64,000 bases of DNA from assembly GCF_018977255.1 (NCBI RefSeq), contig NW_024704743.1, forward strand, positions 19,718,001 to 19,782,000. Direction: 5' to 3'. Numbering within the stretch: the first letter of the stretch is position 1; each line of letters begins with the position of its first letter. The stretch is from Callorhinchus milii. Its lineage: Eukaryota. Below, piece by piece: positions 24,955 through 38,584 of the stretch. Made by a program: the position numbers and the translations under genes. The notes beneath the pieces are model-generated. The model had not been told where the DNA came from. It saw only the letters and a list, made by a program, of their open reading frames with translations, and searched no databases.

Positions 24955-25226
24955 GCAAACAAGAGGACCTGGGTTCGATTCCCAGGCAGGGTGAAATGTT
25001 GGGCAAGTTTCCTTAATCCACACATCTCTGTTCACCTAGCTGTAAGTAGGAACCTGTTTATTGGTTTTCCGGGGATAATAATCCCTTCAAAAAAGATGTA
25101 AAAATAATAATAATAATTTGGTGATATACAGTCATCACTTTACAGTACATTCTGTGAAGCGCTTTGAGACATCTTGAAGATGTGGTAAGGTGCTATATCA
25201 AATGCAAGGATTATTATTATTATTAT
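24955..25226 (+). mobile_element. tRNA-derived SINE, partial
   Basis: gacctgggttcgattcccaggcaggg...ttgggcaagtttcc...tail and (TTA)n. Confidence 0.85.
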
Positions 25227-25440
25227 AGAATAAGCGGGCATAGGTTTAGAGTTGCAGTGGGTAAGAGATACCAAGAAATATTTCATTAACCAGTGGGTAA
25301 TTAAGGACTGGAATAGATTACCAGGAAGGGTGGTTCAGGCCAGGATGCTAGACTCAGTTTAAAAAAAAAGCTTGATGCTGTGATGTAGGGAGGTATAAGA
25401 GCCCAAAGAACCTTCTTTATTCAAACCGACCTTGTGATGT
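25227..25440 (+). mobile_element. CR1 3' end
   Basis: gtaattaaggactggaatagattaccaggaagg (VIKDWNRLPG), similar to 24595-24750. Confidence 0.75.
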
Positions 25441-27089
25441 TGTGAAACACTGTTCACCGGGATGTGTGGATCACTCTGTAATCCAGCCTTGGGCAGCTTT
25501 TGCCCCTTACATGGTAGCTGGGAGATGCAACCTTGAAGAGCTCCCCGACGAGGCAGTCAGACTCCTGGAATGGGATTGACTGCACCCCTTCCCACTAACC
25601 AACAGTGCTAGGGTAGATGTACAACCCCCCCAGAATAACTCAGAGCAACTGAAGCAACATTAATAAAAATAATAAACTGGCACTGTTAACTCTGTCGCTA
25701 TTTATGTAATGGAATTTTGACCCTTGTTTCCCTCATGAAAAGAAAGTTCTGGCTTTTCCTATCGGCCATTACAGTAAGCAGCCCGAGTCTGATAATTAGT
25801 CCTTTGAGACTACAGAAGGGAAAGGATTAAGTGTAGCCTCTGGCTGTATCACCAATCTATTTCAGAAAATGTTGCCTGGAGAAAACAGATTTGCAGACTA
25901 ACACTAATTACATTTATATGACAGATTAAATAAGATTATAAAACAAACAAGAAACTAATGCTAAATAAGAACATTTTTTGTGCCGAACTAAAATATGTGA
26001 ACACTTCTACTCATCCCATATGGTAATTCAATTTATCGCTTTACTCAGTATTAACTGGTGATTTATCATTCCACTAGTTACAAAGCGTAACCCGCTGATC
26101 TAAACCCATATCTAAATATTGTCTGTTTTAAACACCAACCAATTGATTTGCTTATCACACGGATCGTCAGATTACATGTAAGTAGCTTGTTTTATATATA
26201 ATTAAAAAANTTCCCAATGTGAAATCTCAAATCAAATGGAAAGTGTTAACAAATAGCTGATTTAAATTAGGTGAATAAAAACAATATCTGTGAGTAGATA
26301 TCAGTGAAAGATGGCGAGAGATTTAAATCCCATTTCCAGGCTTGATTAAATGGAAAATGTAGTGCCTGAGGTGATTTGAAGCAACACAGAAACATAATGA
26401 TTTCACACCTGTGGCCAGTCTTTAGGCGTGGATGGAAAAATGCAAAGAGGTAAACTTTGCAGTAGTTTCATGCCAATGTTTAGGCGTCAGCCTGGCTCAG
26501 TTGGCAGTACTCTCGCCCCTGCGTCATAAAGTTGTCAAGCCATTGAATTGACTTTTAAACGAAGAATTTCATAAGAATCTTAAAAATATGCTGTAAGAAA
26601 TTTAAACCTCAAAATTCCATTGAGTCAAATAATAATAATTTTGTTTGGTACAGCGCCTTATCATGTCGTTGAGACGTCTCAAAGCGCTTCACAGAATATA
26701 CTGTAAAATGAACTGACTGTATATTTTGGGGCGAAATTTCAAGATCCTCACCCTAAAGTACAAATAGCAAACTACCTCACCTCCTTACCTCTCTGACCTT
26801 ACCTCTCCCAGTGTTGTGAACAATTGTTAAATTCAGTCTTCATTTGGAAGCTGTTACTGCAATTTTTAAAATGAACCAAATTAAGACCAAATTTAATTTT
26901 TCACAATTCTGCACCATTTCAAATTTTAATATGAAATGGTTTTTGCAATCTAAGTGGCACGGTATCAAATGCCGAGAATACCATCATTATTTATTAATGG
27001 AGTTTTGCTCAGTTATTCTCAACTGGGTCTCAATATATTGCGATCTCTGGAACAGTTGTAGATATACAGACAAGTCAGCTGCAGCACTT

Positions 27090-27155
27090 GCCCTCTCAAT
27101 GACCCTTTGCAGGTCATTGAAACTCCAGCACATAATCCATCCTACCTGTGACATG
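27090..27155 (-). pseudogene. Possible third Myb/SANT-like remnant
   Basis: Minus-strand VGWIMCWSFNDLQRV resembles the R.W.QC.KKFNDL.R helix of Harbinger Myb-like proteins. Very short. Confidence 0.3.
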
Positions 27156-27244
27156 TATAATTTACCGTGGGACAAGCTCTTAAAGGAAGTTGAATGTTTA
27201 CATATCATATAGAATATTCTCGGTTAAACTAAATGTGGATTCTT

Positions 27245-27750
27245 TACTGACATTCTGCACTCCTCCCTGTTCCACCATCGACAAGGCTCAGCTAATACAA
27301 GACTCCGCCGCCTATATTCCTCACCCACACCAAACTCCGCACACCCAACACCCCAGTCCTCACCAGGCAACACTAGCTTCCTGTCTCCAAACGGATCAAC
27401 TTCAAGATCCTCACCCTCACATATAAATCTCTTCATGCCCTAGCATCTCCCTACCTCTCACCTGCTCATATCCCACTCTTCTGCTCGCCCCCACTTCACT
27501 CAGCGAACACAGGCCGATTCTCTGTGCCAAAACGGTGGCTGTGTCTTTAACCACAATACCCCTAACCTCTGGAACTCCCTGTCTCAATCCCTGTGCCTTG
27601 CTCCTCTTTGTCTTTAAATCCCACCTGAAAACTTAACACTTTGATTGCACCTGTGACCACCTCCTTATCCCTTCCTCAATGTCCAGCCCCATCACTGTAT
27701 CGTGCTCCAAGACGCTATTCTAAGCAAAAGGCGCTATATAAATGTAATGT
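27245..27750 (+). mobile_element. L2 3' fragment
   Basis: cggatcaacttcaagatcctcacc, ctctggaactccct; tail gctccaagacgctattctaagcaaaaggcgctat. Confidence 0.8.
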
Positions 27751-28239
27751 TCTGGAGGAATAATGCACTCAGCAGATGAATGTTGGAATAGACATCGCTG
27801 TATTTAGCTAATCTGTTAGTACAGCACATTCTTTTAAACACACCCATTAAAAATTTGATGGATGCATCACAAATACATGGAGGAAATAATTACTCTGCTG
27901 CAACTATTGCAATAGCAGGACACTCAGAGGAAAGAAAAAACCTTGCAGAAGAAGCTTCAGCTCCATCGTGCAGGGTGAACAGATGTTGTGCTGAAAACAT
28001 CCCATCTATCCATTTGGAAATAGGACTTAAGAAGTGATGCAGAGGGCAAACCTAACAGATGAGCAAATTGCCTGCCGAGCTTGCCTACAAATAGACTACA
28101 CTTTACAGTAAATTGTGTGAAACACTTTGATAAGTTTAACAACTTAAGGAATATAACGCAAGATGAGAAAGATTTAGGGGTGCTGGTAGACAGATCTCTG
28201 GAGTGATCATTATAGGGAACAATGTGTCAGTATCGAGGC

Positions 28240-29035
28240 AACCCTCTGTAGTGGTCTCAATAATTTAGTTTCTAAAACAGGTGGGTCTACAATTCCCTAG
28301 GGCACTGCTGATGACAGACTAGCAAACCTGACTTGTCAGTAGGACATGAAGAAACAATCGGGACAGGAATTCTTTGCTCTCAGCTCCTGTTAACCCTGCA
28401 AGGAAAAATATAATAATAATAATAATAATCCTTGCATTTGACATAGCGTTTTATCACATCTTTGAGATGTCTCTTTTATTGAAGGGATGATTATACCCGG
28501 AAAAGAGATCAGACAATCGACTAACAACTGGGCTTGTTCTTACTGTTAGGTAACAGTTGTGTAGAGTAAGGAAACTTGCCCAATGTTTCACCCTGCCGGG
28601 AATCAAACCCAGTCTTCTCACTTGCGAGGCAAGTGTCCTAATTGGTGATGTGGTCCTAGCTGGACAAGCAGTTGGAAGGTTGCTAGACAATGCTCTCAGT
28701 AGCAAGCTTAATGGTTTTACCTGGTTAACAACAACAAATTACATTATTATAGCGCCTTTCACGTTAGGAGGACATCCTAAAGCACTGGATAGTCAGTGAT
28801 CCGTACCCGAGCTTGTGGTTGGGGTCAGGAGCGGTGGAGGGCAGGGATGGTGGTTAAATTCAAGTAATAGTCCAATGCTCATTCTCGCATCCCCAAACCT
28901 TGGCTCTCACAAGTTGAGCCAAATATATTCCAGGATTAGGTAAATAAGGTGCATTCCTCCAAGGAGAGAGTGTGCATTCCATTCTAGAGACCTGGAAATA
29001 TCCATGTGTATGTGGCATATTTATGTGGAATGTGT
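28240..29035 (+). repeat. Family X repeat copy interrupted by a SINE (28408-28640, minus) and an L2 tail (28728-28850, minus)
   Basis: The pieces between the insertions are collinear with the reverse complement of 12325-12720. 28240-28350 also resembles 41245-41350. Confidence 0.7.
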
Positions 29036-29620
29036 AAGAACTCTGCAGCTCGTGTACTGTCCCGCACCAGGCTTAGGGACCACATCACTCCCACCCTCGC
29101 TCGCCTCCACTGGCTCCCCATCCCCCAGAGGATTGATTTCAAGATCCTCATCCTCACCTACAAGGCTATTCACGGCCTTGCTCCCTCCTACCTCTCCAAC
29201 CTACTATCCCCTACCTACCTGCCCGTACCCTCCGTTCCTCTGGCTCTGGTCTGCTCCACGTCCCCCGCCCCAACCGCCCTACCATCGGTGGTCAGGCCTT
29301 CAGCCTCTCAGCCCCCAGGCTCTGGAACTCCATCCCCCAGTGCCTTCGCCGCCTCCTCCCTTTCCTCCTTCAAGGCCGGTCTCAAAACCTTTCTCTTTGA
29401 CCATGCCTTCAGCTCCCCTCTCGACTCTCTTCCCCCTCCTCGCTCCCTCCCTTCCCTCCCCTCACCCTGACCATTTCCCCCTCCTTGCTCCCTCCCTTCC
29501 CTCCCCTCACCCTGACCATTTCCCCCCTGCTCGGGTCATGACCCAACTGTGCAGCGCCTTGGGACGTCCTCCTGACGTGAAAGGCACTTTATAAATGGAA
29601 TCTTGTTGTTGTTGTTGTTG
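29036..29620 (+). mobile_element. Young L2 3' fragment with an internal 45-bp tandem duplication (29431-29475 and 29476-29520)
   Basis: NSAARVLSRTRLRDHITPTLARLHWLPIPQRIDFKIL; tail gggacgtcctcctgacgtgaaaggcac...(TTG)n. Confidence 0.95.
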
Positions 29621-31419
29621 AAATATAAGATTTGCTATTTCTTCCTCAAAATCCAGGACAGATCCCCAGTGATCAATGAGGTATGAATAGTGGGCTCAGC
29701 CCAGATGGACTGCATTGTTTTTTTCTGATGTTGCATATTCTATTTTATTTTCTAATGTGTATGTGATTCATTGTATGGAAAGCCTCCATTGAACACTACA
29801 ATCAATCACAAGCTATTCACAAGAAGTAAACAAACAAAAGTCATTCCCATTTCCCTCATAACAGGTGTGCCTTTTTCACTAGTGTTTCAATGAGTTAAAC
29901 ACAACTGACCTTCAGTCAAGCTTAATAGTATTCCCCTGGTAAACGCAATAATCAGCCACCATAAACTACTGATTATTCATGACTTTTACAGCTGGAAACT
30001 TGAAAAGAAACACATGCTGAGAAGGTGATAAACAAATAGAGACAGTTTCATGGTGTCTCAAGTTTTGTATCTATTGACATCACATAAAAGTCCACCCAAG
30101 ATGATTTGATGTTAGCTCATATGTACATAACTTTAAAGAATAAACATAGAAGGAATCTTCCTGCATTATGAATAATAAATAATAATGTAAATAATCCTTT
30201 GGTTTGTCAAAGGTACGGTCTTTCAGATGAGACATTAACCTGAGGCCCTGTCTGCCTGTTCAGGTGGATGTTAAAAATCCTGTGGCACTATTCAGAAAGA
30301 GAATGGAATTTCAATCCTCCACAAATCGGCCGGCGTGTTTGTCTGCAAATGCACAGTCACTGCACTTTACAGTCAAAATCCTGTGAAGAGTTTTAAGACA
30401 TTTTGATGATGTGATAAATCACTATATCAAAAGCAAGGAATGTTATTATTATAGCTATTTGATACAGAACTTCGCTGGATCAAATGGCTGCCAATTAACC
30501 AACAAAAGCAATCACTGCACGTGATATTAATTATTTGTGAAGTACTTTGAGATGTCATTGAAACATGTCAAAGTGCTGCACAGCAATTCCTGTAGAATGG
30601 AGTGACTGTGTATTTTGTAGGTGAATAAAACATGACAATGGATGTTTTTTCCCACATTAATGAACAACTAGTCCGATTCATTAACAACCAAGAGTAATGT
30701 GGAGGTTATATCTTCTGCTGAATATATTAGCACCTTGTATCAGATTTGTTGTCTAAATCTAACCCTCAACATCTTCCTGACATGAAAGGCACTATACAAA
30801 TGCAATTTTCTGTTGGTGGTGGTGGTAGTGATATTCCCACATCATTAGAAATTCTGCCGATGTCACTGTCCTTCATGTCTGACCATGGTAAACATTGCTC
30901 CCGACTTCGTGAAAATGGCTAGACCTAAATCTGCCCAAGCTGGCAATCAAGTCAGTCAAGGGTTGGTTGATCATAACATTTTAGTGCCAGTTTGTGTCTT
31001 AACTCAGTTTAGAACAATGCAACCACAGAAATTCACAGCACGGACTGATGTCATCTCTTTCGTATGCCTGAGCTGGTTCTCTGAAACAGCTATATATTTG
31101 ATCTCATTCTCCTGCCTTCTCCCCAAGCCCCCTTATATTTCTCTTTATCAGATATTTATCTATTGCCCTAACAGAAGAGCAGTGTAAAACAAGCCAGTAG
31201 TCTAGATTCGTAGCCCATCAATTACCATTGTTTCCAGAAAATATGGTTATTAAGCATTTGACTCTTCAAATCTTCCTCTAATTGCTCTTAAAATCAACAT
31301 TACTTCCCTTTTATCATCTATAAAAATAATATATTTTTATAGCATTTTACTACAAATTTATTTTGAGATTTATTTTGATTCATTTTTTGATTAGACATGT
31401 GCCATTGTCTAGTCATCTC

Positions 31420-32070
31420 GACATACTTCACAAATGATTAATATCAAGTGTAGTGATTGTTTTTGTTGGTTAATTGGCAGCCATTTGATCCAGCAAAGTC
31501 CTATGAAGTGGATTATAATTAAATTTGAGATTTGGTGAGCAGGCAACGGAAGAAGCATTTTCTCTTTGAAATAGTGTCATGGGATCTTTAACTTCCACCT
31601 TCAAAGACAATCAGGACCTTGGTTTACCATCTCACCTAAAGGTCAGCGCCTCTAAGAATGCATCAATAGCACAGCACTTCACTAAAGTGTCAACCTCGAA
31701 CTTGAACTATAATCCTGACTTGGAGCTTGAACCTACGACCTTCTAACATTGAGCTGAGAATGCTACCAGCTAAGCCAAGCTGACACCTATATCCTCCAGG
31801 AATAGGAAGTAAGGTATTAAACTGAGGTCTCGCCTGCCTATTCAGATGAATGTTATTCCATGGCACTATTCAAAAAAAGAAAGGAGATTCTCACAGTATC
31901 CTGGCCAACAATCCTCTAGATGAAAATGGTTATTCATCACATTTGTGGGAGTTTGTTGGTGCCACAAATGGATGCCAAATTTGTCTACAAAAATATTCAT
32001 CACATTTGACAATGATTAATGTGAAGAGCTTTGATACATGGTAAGACATAAAAGCACAAGCTCACTATTA
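31420..32070. mobile_element. Two divergently oriented Deu-domain SINEs (31420-31785 minus; 31815-32070 plus)
   Basis: Deu core present in both orientations (aatagtgtcatgggatcttta and ttaaactgaggtctcgcctgcctattcag...catggcactattc). Confidence 0.7.
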
Positions 32071-32104
32071 TTCATTATTGTCCCAGAAATATAGAAGTAA
32101 ATGG

Positions 32105-32545
32105 ACTATGAGCCTATATCACCACTATCCTCACATGACTCCATGAGCTCATCATCCCCCATCGAGTTCAAAATTCTTGTTCTCACTTTTAAATCCCACC
32201 AAGGTCTCATCTCACCCTATCTTTGCAACCTTTTTCAATCCTACCAACAAGGAGCACTGGCCTATTTCATGTCCCCCCACCATATCCAAACCCCACCATT
32301 GATGGGCGGACTTTCAGCCATTCAGCCCCCACTTTCTGGAATTCCATTCCGGAGCCCCTTCTCCCTCCTGTCTTTTGAAGGCACGTCTCAAAATATACCA
32401 GTTTGACTGTGCTTTTGGTCATCTTTCCCCTCTCCATCTACCTCAGTTCCAATCCCCAGCTCAGGTGCCCATCCAGCACTGTGAACACATGTTGGGACAT
32501 CCTCCCAATGTGAAAGGTGCTGTATAAGTGTAAGCTGTAGTGTAT
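32105..32545 (+). mobile_element. L2 3' fragment
   Basis: IEFKILVLTFKS; tail gggacatcctcccaatgtgaaaggtgc. Confidence 0.8.
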
Positions 32546-34279
32546 TATATTGATGTCCACAACTGTTCCCAAATCACTTTTTACTTTCTTATGGTAAGGA
32601 AAAAACCCAGTGTAATAGCTGATATACCCAGAACATGTGGCCATTTGTTTAAAAATGCACACTGCAGCAAAGTGAATGATAGCCCATAGTTCCATAATAT
32701 AGTTTGTTATTTGCCCTGCGTAATCTTTTTGTGACTTCATTATTTGTGGCTTCTGAAGCAAGATCTGCGAATAGACTGCGAGCCCATCACCCCCATCCTC
32801 ACGAATATGTATTATACATTAAAAAAACTCGACAAATAATAGCACTTTGGAGAATGTATTGCAATTTTTGAAACACTGTGAAAGATTTATTTGCAGTTTT
32901 TCAAATTCTGAGCTGGGCGAATGCTCCAAGCCTTTGCTAGATCAGACATACACAAGTCATATGGTTAGGTATAAGTTGGCTTGTGTGACTTGTATGACGT
33001 GTTACTAAAGAAGCAATATTGAATGGTTTCTGAGGTCATTTCACAATAACATAATCCTTGTATTGATGTAGTGTCTTTTCCATCGGGAGGATGCTTCAAA
33101 GCTCTTCACAGGATTTAATGAAAAGTGTAATGACTGAGTATTTTGTAGTTGGCAGCCAATTTGCGCACAACAATGTTTCACACACGGTGAATGAACAATT
33201 TTATCTAGGGTATTGTTGGCCAGGTAACCGCAGAAAAACCTTCAACCCTATTAAATATCAGTATGTCACTTTAGCTGGTGTGTACACAGTTTTCAAGACC
33301 TTTTTAATGGGCTTCTTATTCCATTACATCTAACCTATTCAGGATAGGAGATGTACCCCTATAATAATAACAATAATAATAATAATAATCCTTGGATTTG
33401 ATATAGTGCCTTATCACGTCTTAAGACATCTCACAGCGCTTCACTGAATATACTGTAAAGTGAATTAACTATAAAAGGAGCAGTATATGGATTGGGATAG
33501 AAGGGAGGACATGGGCTGCTGCTGACCTTAATTTTGCCCATCATTTTCTTCTGCCTACAGTTAAAACTGCTGGACCTCAGAGAAAAATATATTTTAAGCA
33601 GTTAAAATGAACAGTAAAAATGAAATGTTTCCTAGAAGAGGAATGGGGTTAACTTGATTTGGTGTCTTGAGTTATGTACTACAATACTATATTATGATGA
33701 TAAACTACTCAGATGAACTTACGTTCATTTCAGGGGAATGGAAACCTTTGATGGAGGGAGCAAAGTGAGATGACACAAATTGTTAAATGTTAACATTTCA
33801 AAATATTCAAGGTTCAAGATACTATGGCGATGAAATTAAAGATTGCAAATAATATTTTAAATGGCAGGCAATTACTTCCAAATTAATCCCTGGATTAAGA
33901 TGTTAAATAGTCTATTTAACAGTGAGTAAATGTGGAGGAAGGTTAGGAGGAGGGGAGGAGGAGAATGCTAAATAAATCACTCAGTGGGCGGTGGGTGGTG
34001 TTGGGACGGGCGAGGTGGGGGCATAGTGGGGGTGGTCACACAGATAAGTTAGAAGCCTTACAAAATGGATTAAAAATAGCCAACTAGACGTTGACAGGTG
34101 GTGGCCACAATGATGGCTGAGAGCGGTGTAGGAAAATGAAACCAACTCTGTCACTGTGTTGGTAACGTTCAGGTGAGGATGTACAGCACAGGCTGATGGG
34201 AGGTGATGAAATACGATACAGAATGGGAGACTCAGTCATCAAATAAATCTCTTTCCGTTGCCTGGGATTTTCTCTCAAC

Positions 34280-34532
34280 CAGGGGCAGACTTTCAATTGG
34301 GAAAACGAGAAATTTTCCGGGTGCCCTCATTAATGGTTCCCGAGCTCCATCCCCCCTCCCTCCCCCCACCCCCCCTCCCCGTGAATGGCTCTCATTGCTT
34401 CCCACCCCTTGTTCAGAAGTTCCATTTAAGTCCGACAAAGTTTTTGAACACTCGGATGTTTATGCCCCCATAAATCGGTGCCCCATTTTACCTGACAATC
34501 CCGAGCTCTTTCAGGGGGTCAGTCTACCACTA
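34280..34532. mobile_element. Non-autonomous hAT-type DNA transposon (MITE), 253 bp
   Basis: TIRs CAGGGGCAGACT and AGTCTACCACTA. 8-bp TSD ctctcaac (34272-34279) and gtctcaaa (34533-34540), 6 of 8 identical. Confidence 0.7.
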
Positions 34533-34619
34533 GTCTCAAACCTAACCACAGGAGAGCTCAGTCATTCACTTGTGTTTATGAGATTGACATAGCTCTCACC
34601 ACCCTCTGCATGATACTCT

Positions 34620-34795
34620 ACAGCACGAGGTAAAGCAGGGTGCCTCGGGAGAGAGTGTGCATTCTGTTTCAGACACAGTTAAATTTCCTTCTATAGTTAG
34701 CATATATGTGCAACTCCTAATCTGGTTTGGATACTCTTAAACATACTGATGCATTTCTACATATTTTAGATATCCAGCTGAGAAAAATAAAGTAA
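34620..34795 (+). repeat. Family X repeat, 3' end
   Basis: gggagagagtgtgcattctg...ctaatctggtttggatactc...agatatccagctgagaaaaataaa. Confidence 0.7.
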
Positions 34796-35084
34796 GGTAA
34801 ATTCTTTATTCTTGCAATGCATGTGACAATAGAAAAGGGGCAATCTTTGCACATTAAAGGCTCATAATTTAATTAGATGATAGAATTAAGGTTCAAGGAA
34901 CTTAATTACATCAATCAATAAAAACAATTGTTTGCCTTAAATGGGAGGTATTGTGCTTCAGTGTTTTAAAGAACTCTTTTTTTATCCCATTTAAATGATG
35001 TTTACCATTAAAGGCTCAATATAAATTTCATGAGTTTTCACATTTTTTACAATGGAGACAGATACTGTTGATGAAGTGTCTCAA

Positions 35085-35700
35085 AGAACAATAACAACTT
35101 GTGTTTATATAGAGCCCTTCTTGATGCGCTTAACAGTGATGGACAGAGCTTGACATTGAGCCAGGGGGAGGTGGGGGAGGTGACCGTAGGCACCAATAAA
35201 GATGAAAGGCTTTAGATGTCATCTGAAGGTGGGCAGGAGGGGGCAAAGCAGAGTGATTGAGACACTGAGTTCCATAGTTTCGGGGTATAATGGCTGAAAG
35301 CACTGCCACCGATGGTGGAGTGGAGGGGTCGAGGGGCATGCAGAGCTAGCTGAGCAGAGGCAGGGGAGTGGTGTGGGTTCTAAGCAGGTCAGAGAGGTAG
35401 AGAGGTGCCAGGGCATGAAGTGATTTGTATGCGAGTGTAAGGATCTTGACATTGATCCATTCTGCAATAAGGAGGTAGTGCAGCCTGTCAAGGAGTGAGA
35501 GTGATGGGGTACAGAATTTGGTATGGGATATGGAGTTTTAAAACAGAGTTTTAAATTAATTGGATTTTATGAATGGAGGAGCTGGACAGATCGGTGTGGA
35601 GGGCATTGGAATAACCGAGGCGGGAGGAGACGAATGTGTGGATAAGAGTTTTGACTGCGTTGGATGTGAGGTACGGTCGGATGTGGGATAGGAAGGACAG
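35085..35700 (-). mobile_element. L2 3' fragment
   Basis: Minus-strand degenerate L2 C-terminal motifs and a (TTG)-type tail. Confidence 0.8.
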
Positions 35701-36164
35701 CTCGGGAAAGAAATGCCTTTCAGACCCTTTTTGAATTTATATATTCACGGAACATTTTGCAGCACAGGTTGACGTTATTCATCCTGCTGTACCGTGCCTG
35801 TGCACTGTTCGCTTCTTCACAGGTGCATCAACACTCATCTCTTTCTCTCTATTGTGTTTGTGCTGGAGCTAGTCCCCCCAATGGAAATATCTACTCTATC
35901 CCCCCCCGCTATGCTGAAAATTGCTTTGGGGTAAAATTTATGTGTATGTTAAAAAGCACAAGAAACATCACATATTTCTTCCTATTACTTAATTAGCACC
36001 ACAGTTTCTTAATCGACATTTGCCTGTACTCTGTGCTCTGTTCCTGGCCCCTGATCCTCTCCTCCCTGTCAACTGCCTGCATGTTGGTGAAAAAACACAG
36101 TAATCTGATTTTATATGGTGACTTAGACGATTGGAATTAAGATAATTTTAAGTAACTAAGGAGC

Positions 36165-36530
36165 TCTACGACCTCCTAACCCCCTATCAACTTGTCGGCT
36201 CCCTCTGCTCAGTGGGCTCCAGCCTGCTTCATGTCCCCCTTCTTGCCTGTCCCACCATTGACAGACGGGCCTTCAGCCACTCTACCCCCACACTCTGGAA
36301 CTCCATCCCGCAGTCCTTCCACCTCGCCCCCTCCCTTGCCTCCTTCAAGGCCCGTCTCAAGACCCTCCTTTTTGACCGTGCCTTCAATCGTTCTCCTTCC
36401 GCCCCCCCTCCCATGCCCTCCACCCTCCCCAATCCCGACCCCCAGCTTGGGTCCAAAACACTGTCTGTCCAGCACCTTGGGAAATCCTCCCGACGTGAAA
36501 GGTGCTATACAAATGTAATTTTGTTTGTTT
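36165..36530 (+). mobile_element. L2 3' fragment
   Basis: RAFSHSTPTLWNSIPQS...FKARLKTLLFDRAF; tail cctcccgacgtgaaaggtgc. Confidence 0.9.
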
Positions 36531-37090
36531 GTGGTTTGTTTTAACTTGAGAATTCTCTTGACCTGAGTGAAAAGACCTGATATGGAGTTACAACAATGCT
36601 CCTACAATTTACATCAGGAAAACCTGACCGGATACAGTCAGTTGATTAAGGAATAGTAGCTTTAATTAAGTAGTAGGGGAAAATGTGTGATGTTCTGTAA
36701 CCTATTCTTTGTGTTAAGTAACACAATTGTGGGTTCATAAACAGTGCAAATTTTACCCTATGTTTATTCCCAGTATTGATATTAAACATTGTTCCTTCTC
36801 CTTCACTGTGATCCAGTGAGAGTAAAGGTTCAACCCTTTTCTATGGAGATCACAATATGGAGAAGTGTAGACGCCATCTTTGAGTGGTGTAGGATCTTGG
36901 AGCATTCCTGAGAATGGCCCTTGAATAGGATACAATTTGGAATTGAGGCGATAAATAAAAAGATAATGAGTAACACTGATCTAAAGAGTTGGCAAACAAA
37001 ATTTGGCCCAAATTTTTAAATCAGCCATATCCATCTTATATTCAAGCATTGGAAAGCAGCCCGGTTTCCTTCAATGAAGGTTTTTTTTTC

Positions 37091-37195
37091 ACTCACTCAC
37101 TCACTCACTCATTCAGCCCCCATTCTCTCATCCACTCATTCACTCATTCATTCATTCACTCACTCACTCACCCATTCAACCATTCACTCACTCGC
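37091..37195. repeat. (CACT/CATT)n microsatellite
   Basis: actcactcactcactcactcattc...cattcattcactcactcactc. Confidence 0.9.
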
Positions 37196-38584
37196 TGTGA
37201 TTATTCCAATGCGAGAATTCATGGTATTTAAAATGAAAGGATTTTAATACAGATCAGTCTCTCCCACCTGAATTCCTGATGGAAGATTATGAGATAAGAG
37301 GGTTAAAGATAAGTCTTTTATGGTTCCATGAAACTGCTATCAATTCAAATGACTTAAATTAGGTGATGCTTTGATTGATTGCCCTGCCAGGCTAAGTATT
37401 ACGCTGCCACAATTATCTCTGCTTATCATGTCTCACCACAATGAACTATTTATTCCCACAAAATTCCTCAATAATAACCTGAAATGATTAAAATAGGGCA
37501 GGAAAGGTTCATTCGAATCAATAAATCATTAGCTACAGAGAAATTCATTTCAATTTTAACTCAAGCCATGTGTTTTGTTTTAAACAAAAAATACGGTTGA
37601 CATAAGTTTAGAAAAGTATAAATTACCAATTGCTTTGATGATAGCTGATTGTATTGGATTTACAACAGGATTAATTTCCCTGAGTTCAGCACAACACAAT
37701 CTTTGCTTTTACAATTATTTAAATGCATCATCTTTGGGCTGCCGTACCCTTGGCAGAGGGAATTATATAAAATTACATAAATGATACAGCATAAAACAAG
37801 CATTTCTGGTCTATTAGTCTGTGTCAGTCTTTATACTCCACACAAGTCCCCATCCCTCCTATTTATCCTTTCCTATGCCCCTCCATTCTATTTCCCCTAA
37901 TGTATGTATCAAGTTTCCTCCTAAATACATTGAAGTGTTTTGCTTGAACCACAGCTTCTGGATATTGAATCTGTTGCACTTTCACCACGATTTGTAACGG
38001 ATTTAATAACATGTTTGCTAATTATCAAATCAGTAGGGAAATGCCTCATTGTCCACCCCTCAATGGAAAGAACTCATTGTAACTGCTCAGCTCTAAAACG
38101 TTATCAGCTCAGCTCTAAAACTAGTGGAAATGTTCTCCCCCTGTATTTGTAATGCTTTACGGTACCTTATATAAAGACAACACAGCAACAGCTTTGAATT
38201 TTTTTTATGAGTTGTTCTTAAACCTTTACATTTCACAAAATGAAGATGAACCAATAGATGAAAAAGGAATGACTGGCCAGAATGTATTTGCTATAAAACT
38301 ATGAGTCTGAGAGAAAAAATAAGACTGGATTAAAATAGCATCCAGTAAAATTACTGGTGCATGAAACACCTTGGATAGAACAAGTCTCAAAGGGATAATT
38401 ATACTCTTAGGTCCAATTGTACTCATTTGTGCAAATGGCTTCATTCACATAATATCAATTTCAGTATCCAATAAATATGTCATTTGCCCTAGCTTTCTTC
38501 ACCAGTATTTGAACGTCTAGTAACAATGCTCTGTACAGGCAGCAATATTAGGTAATATCACCTCTATATATGCCGATATAAATA

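Noticed and set aside
26210..26210. Single N bases (also at 42039)
   Set aside because: Assembly ambiguity next to homopolymer runs, not biology.
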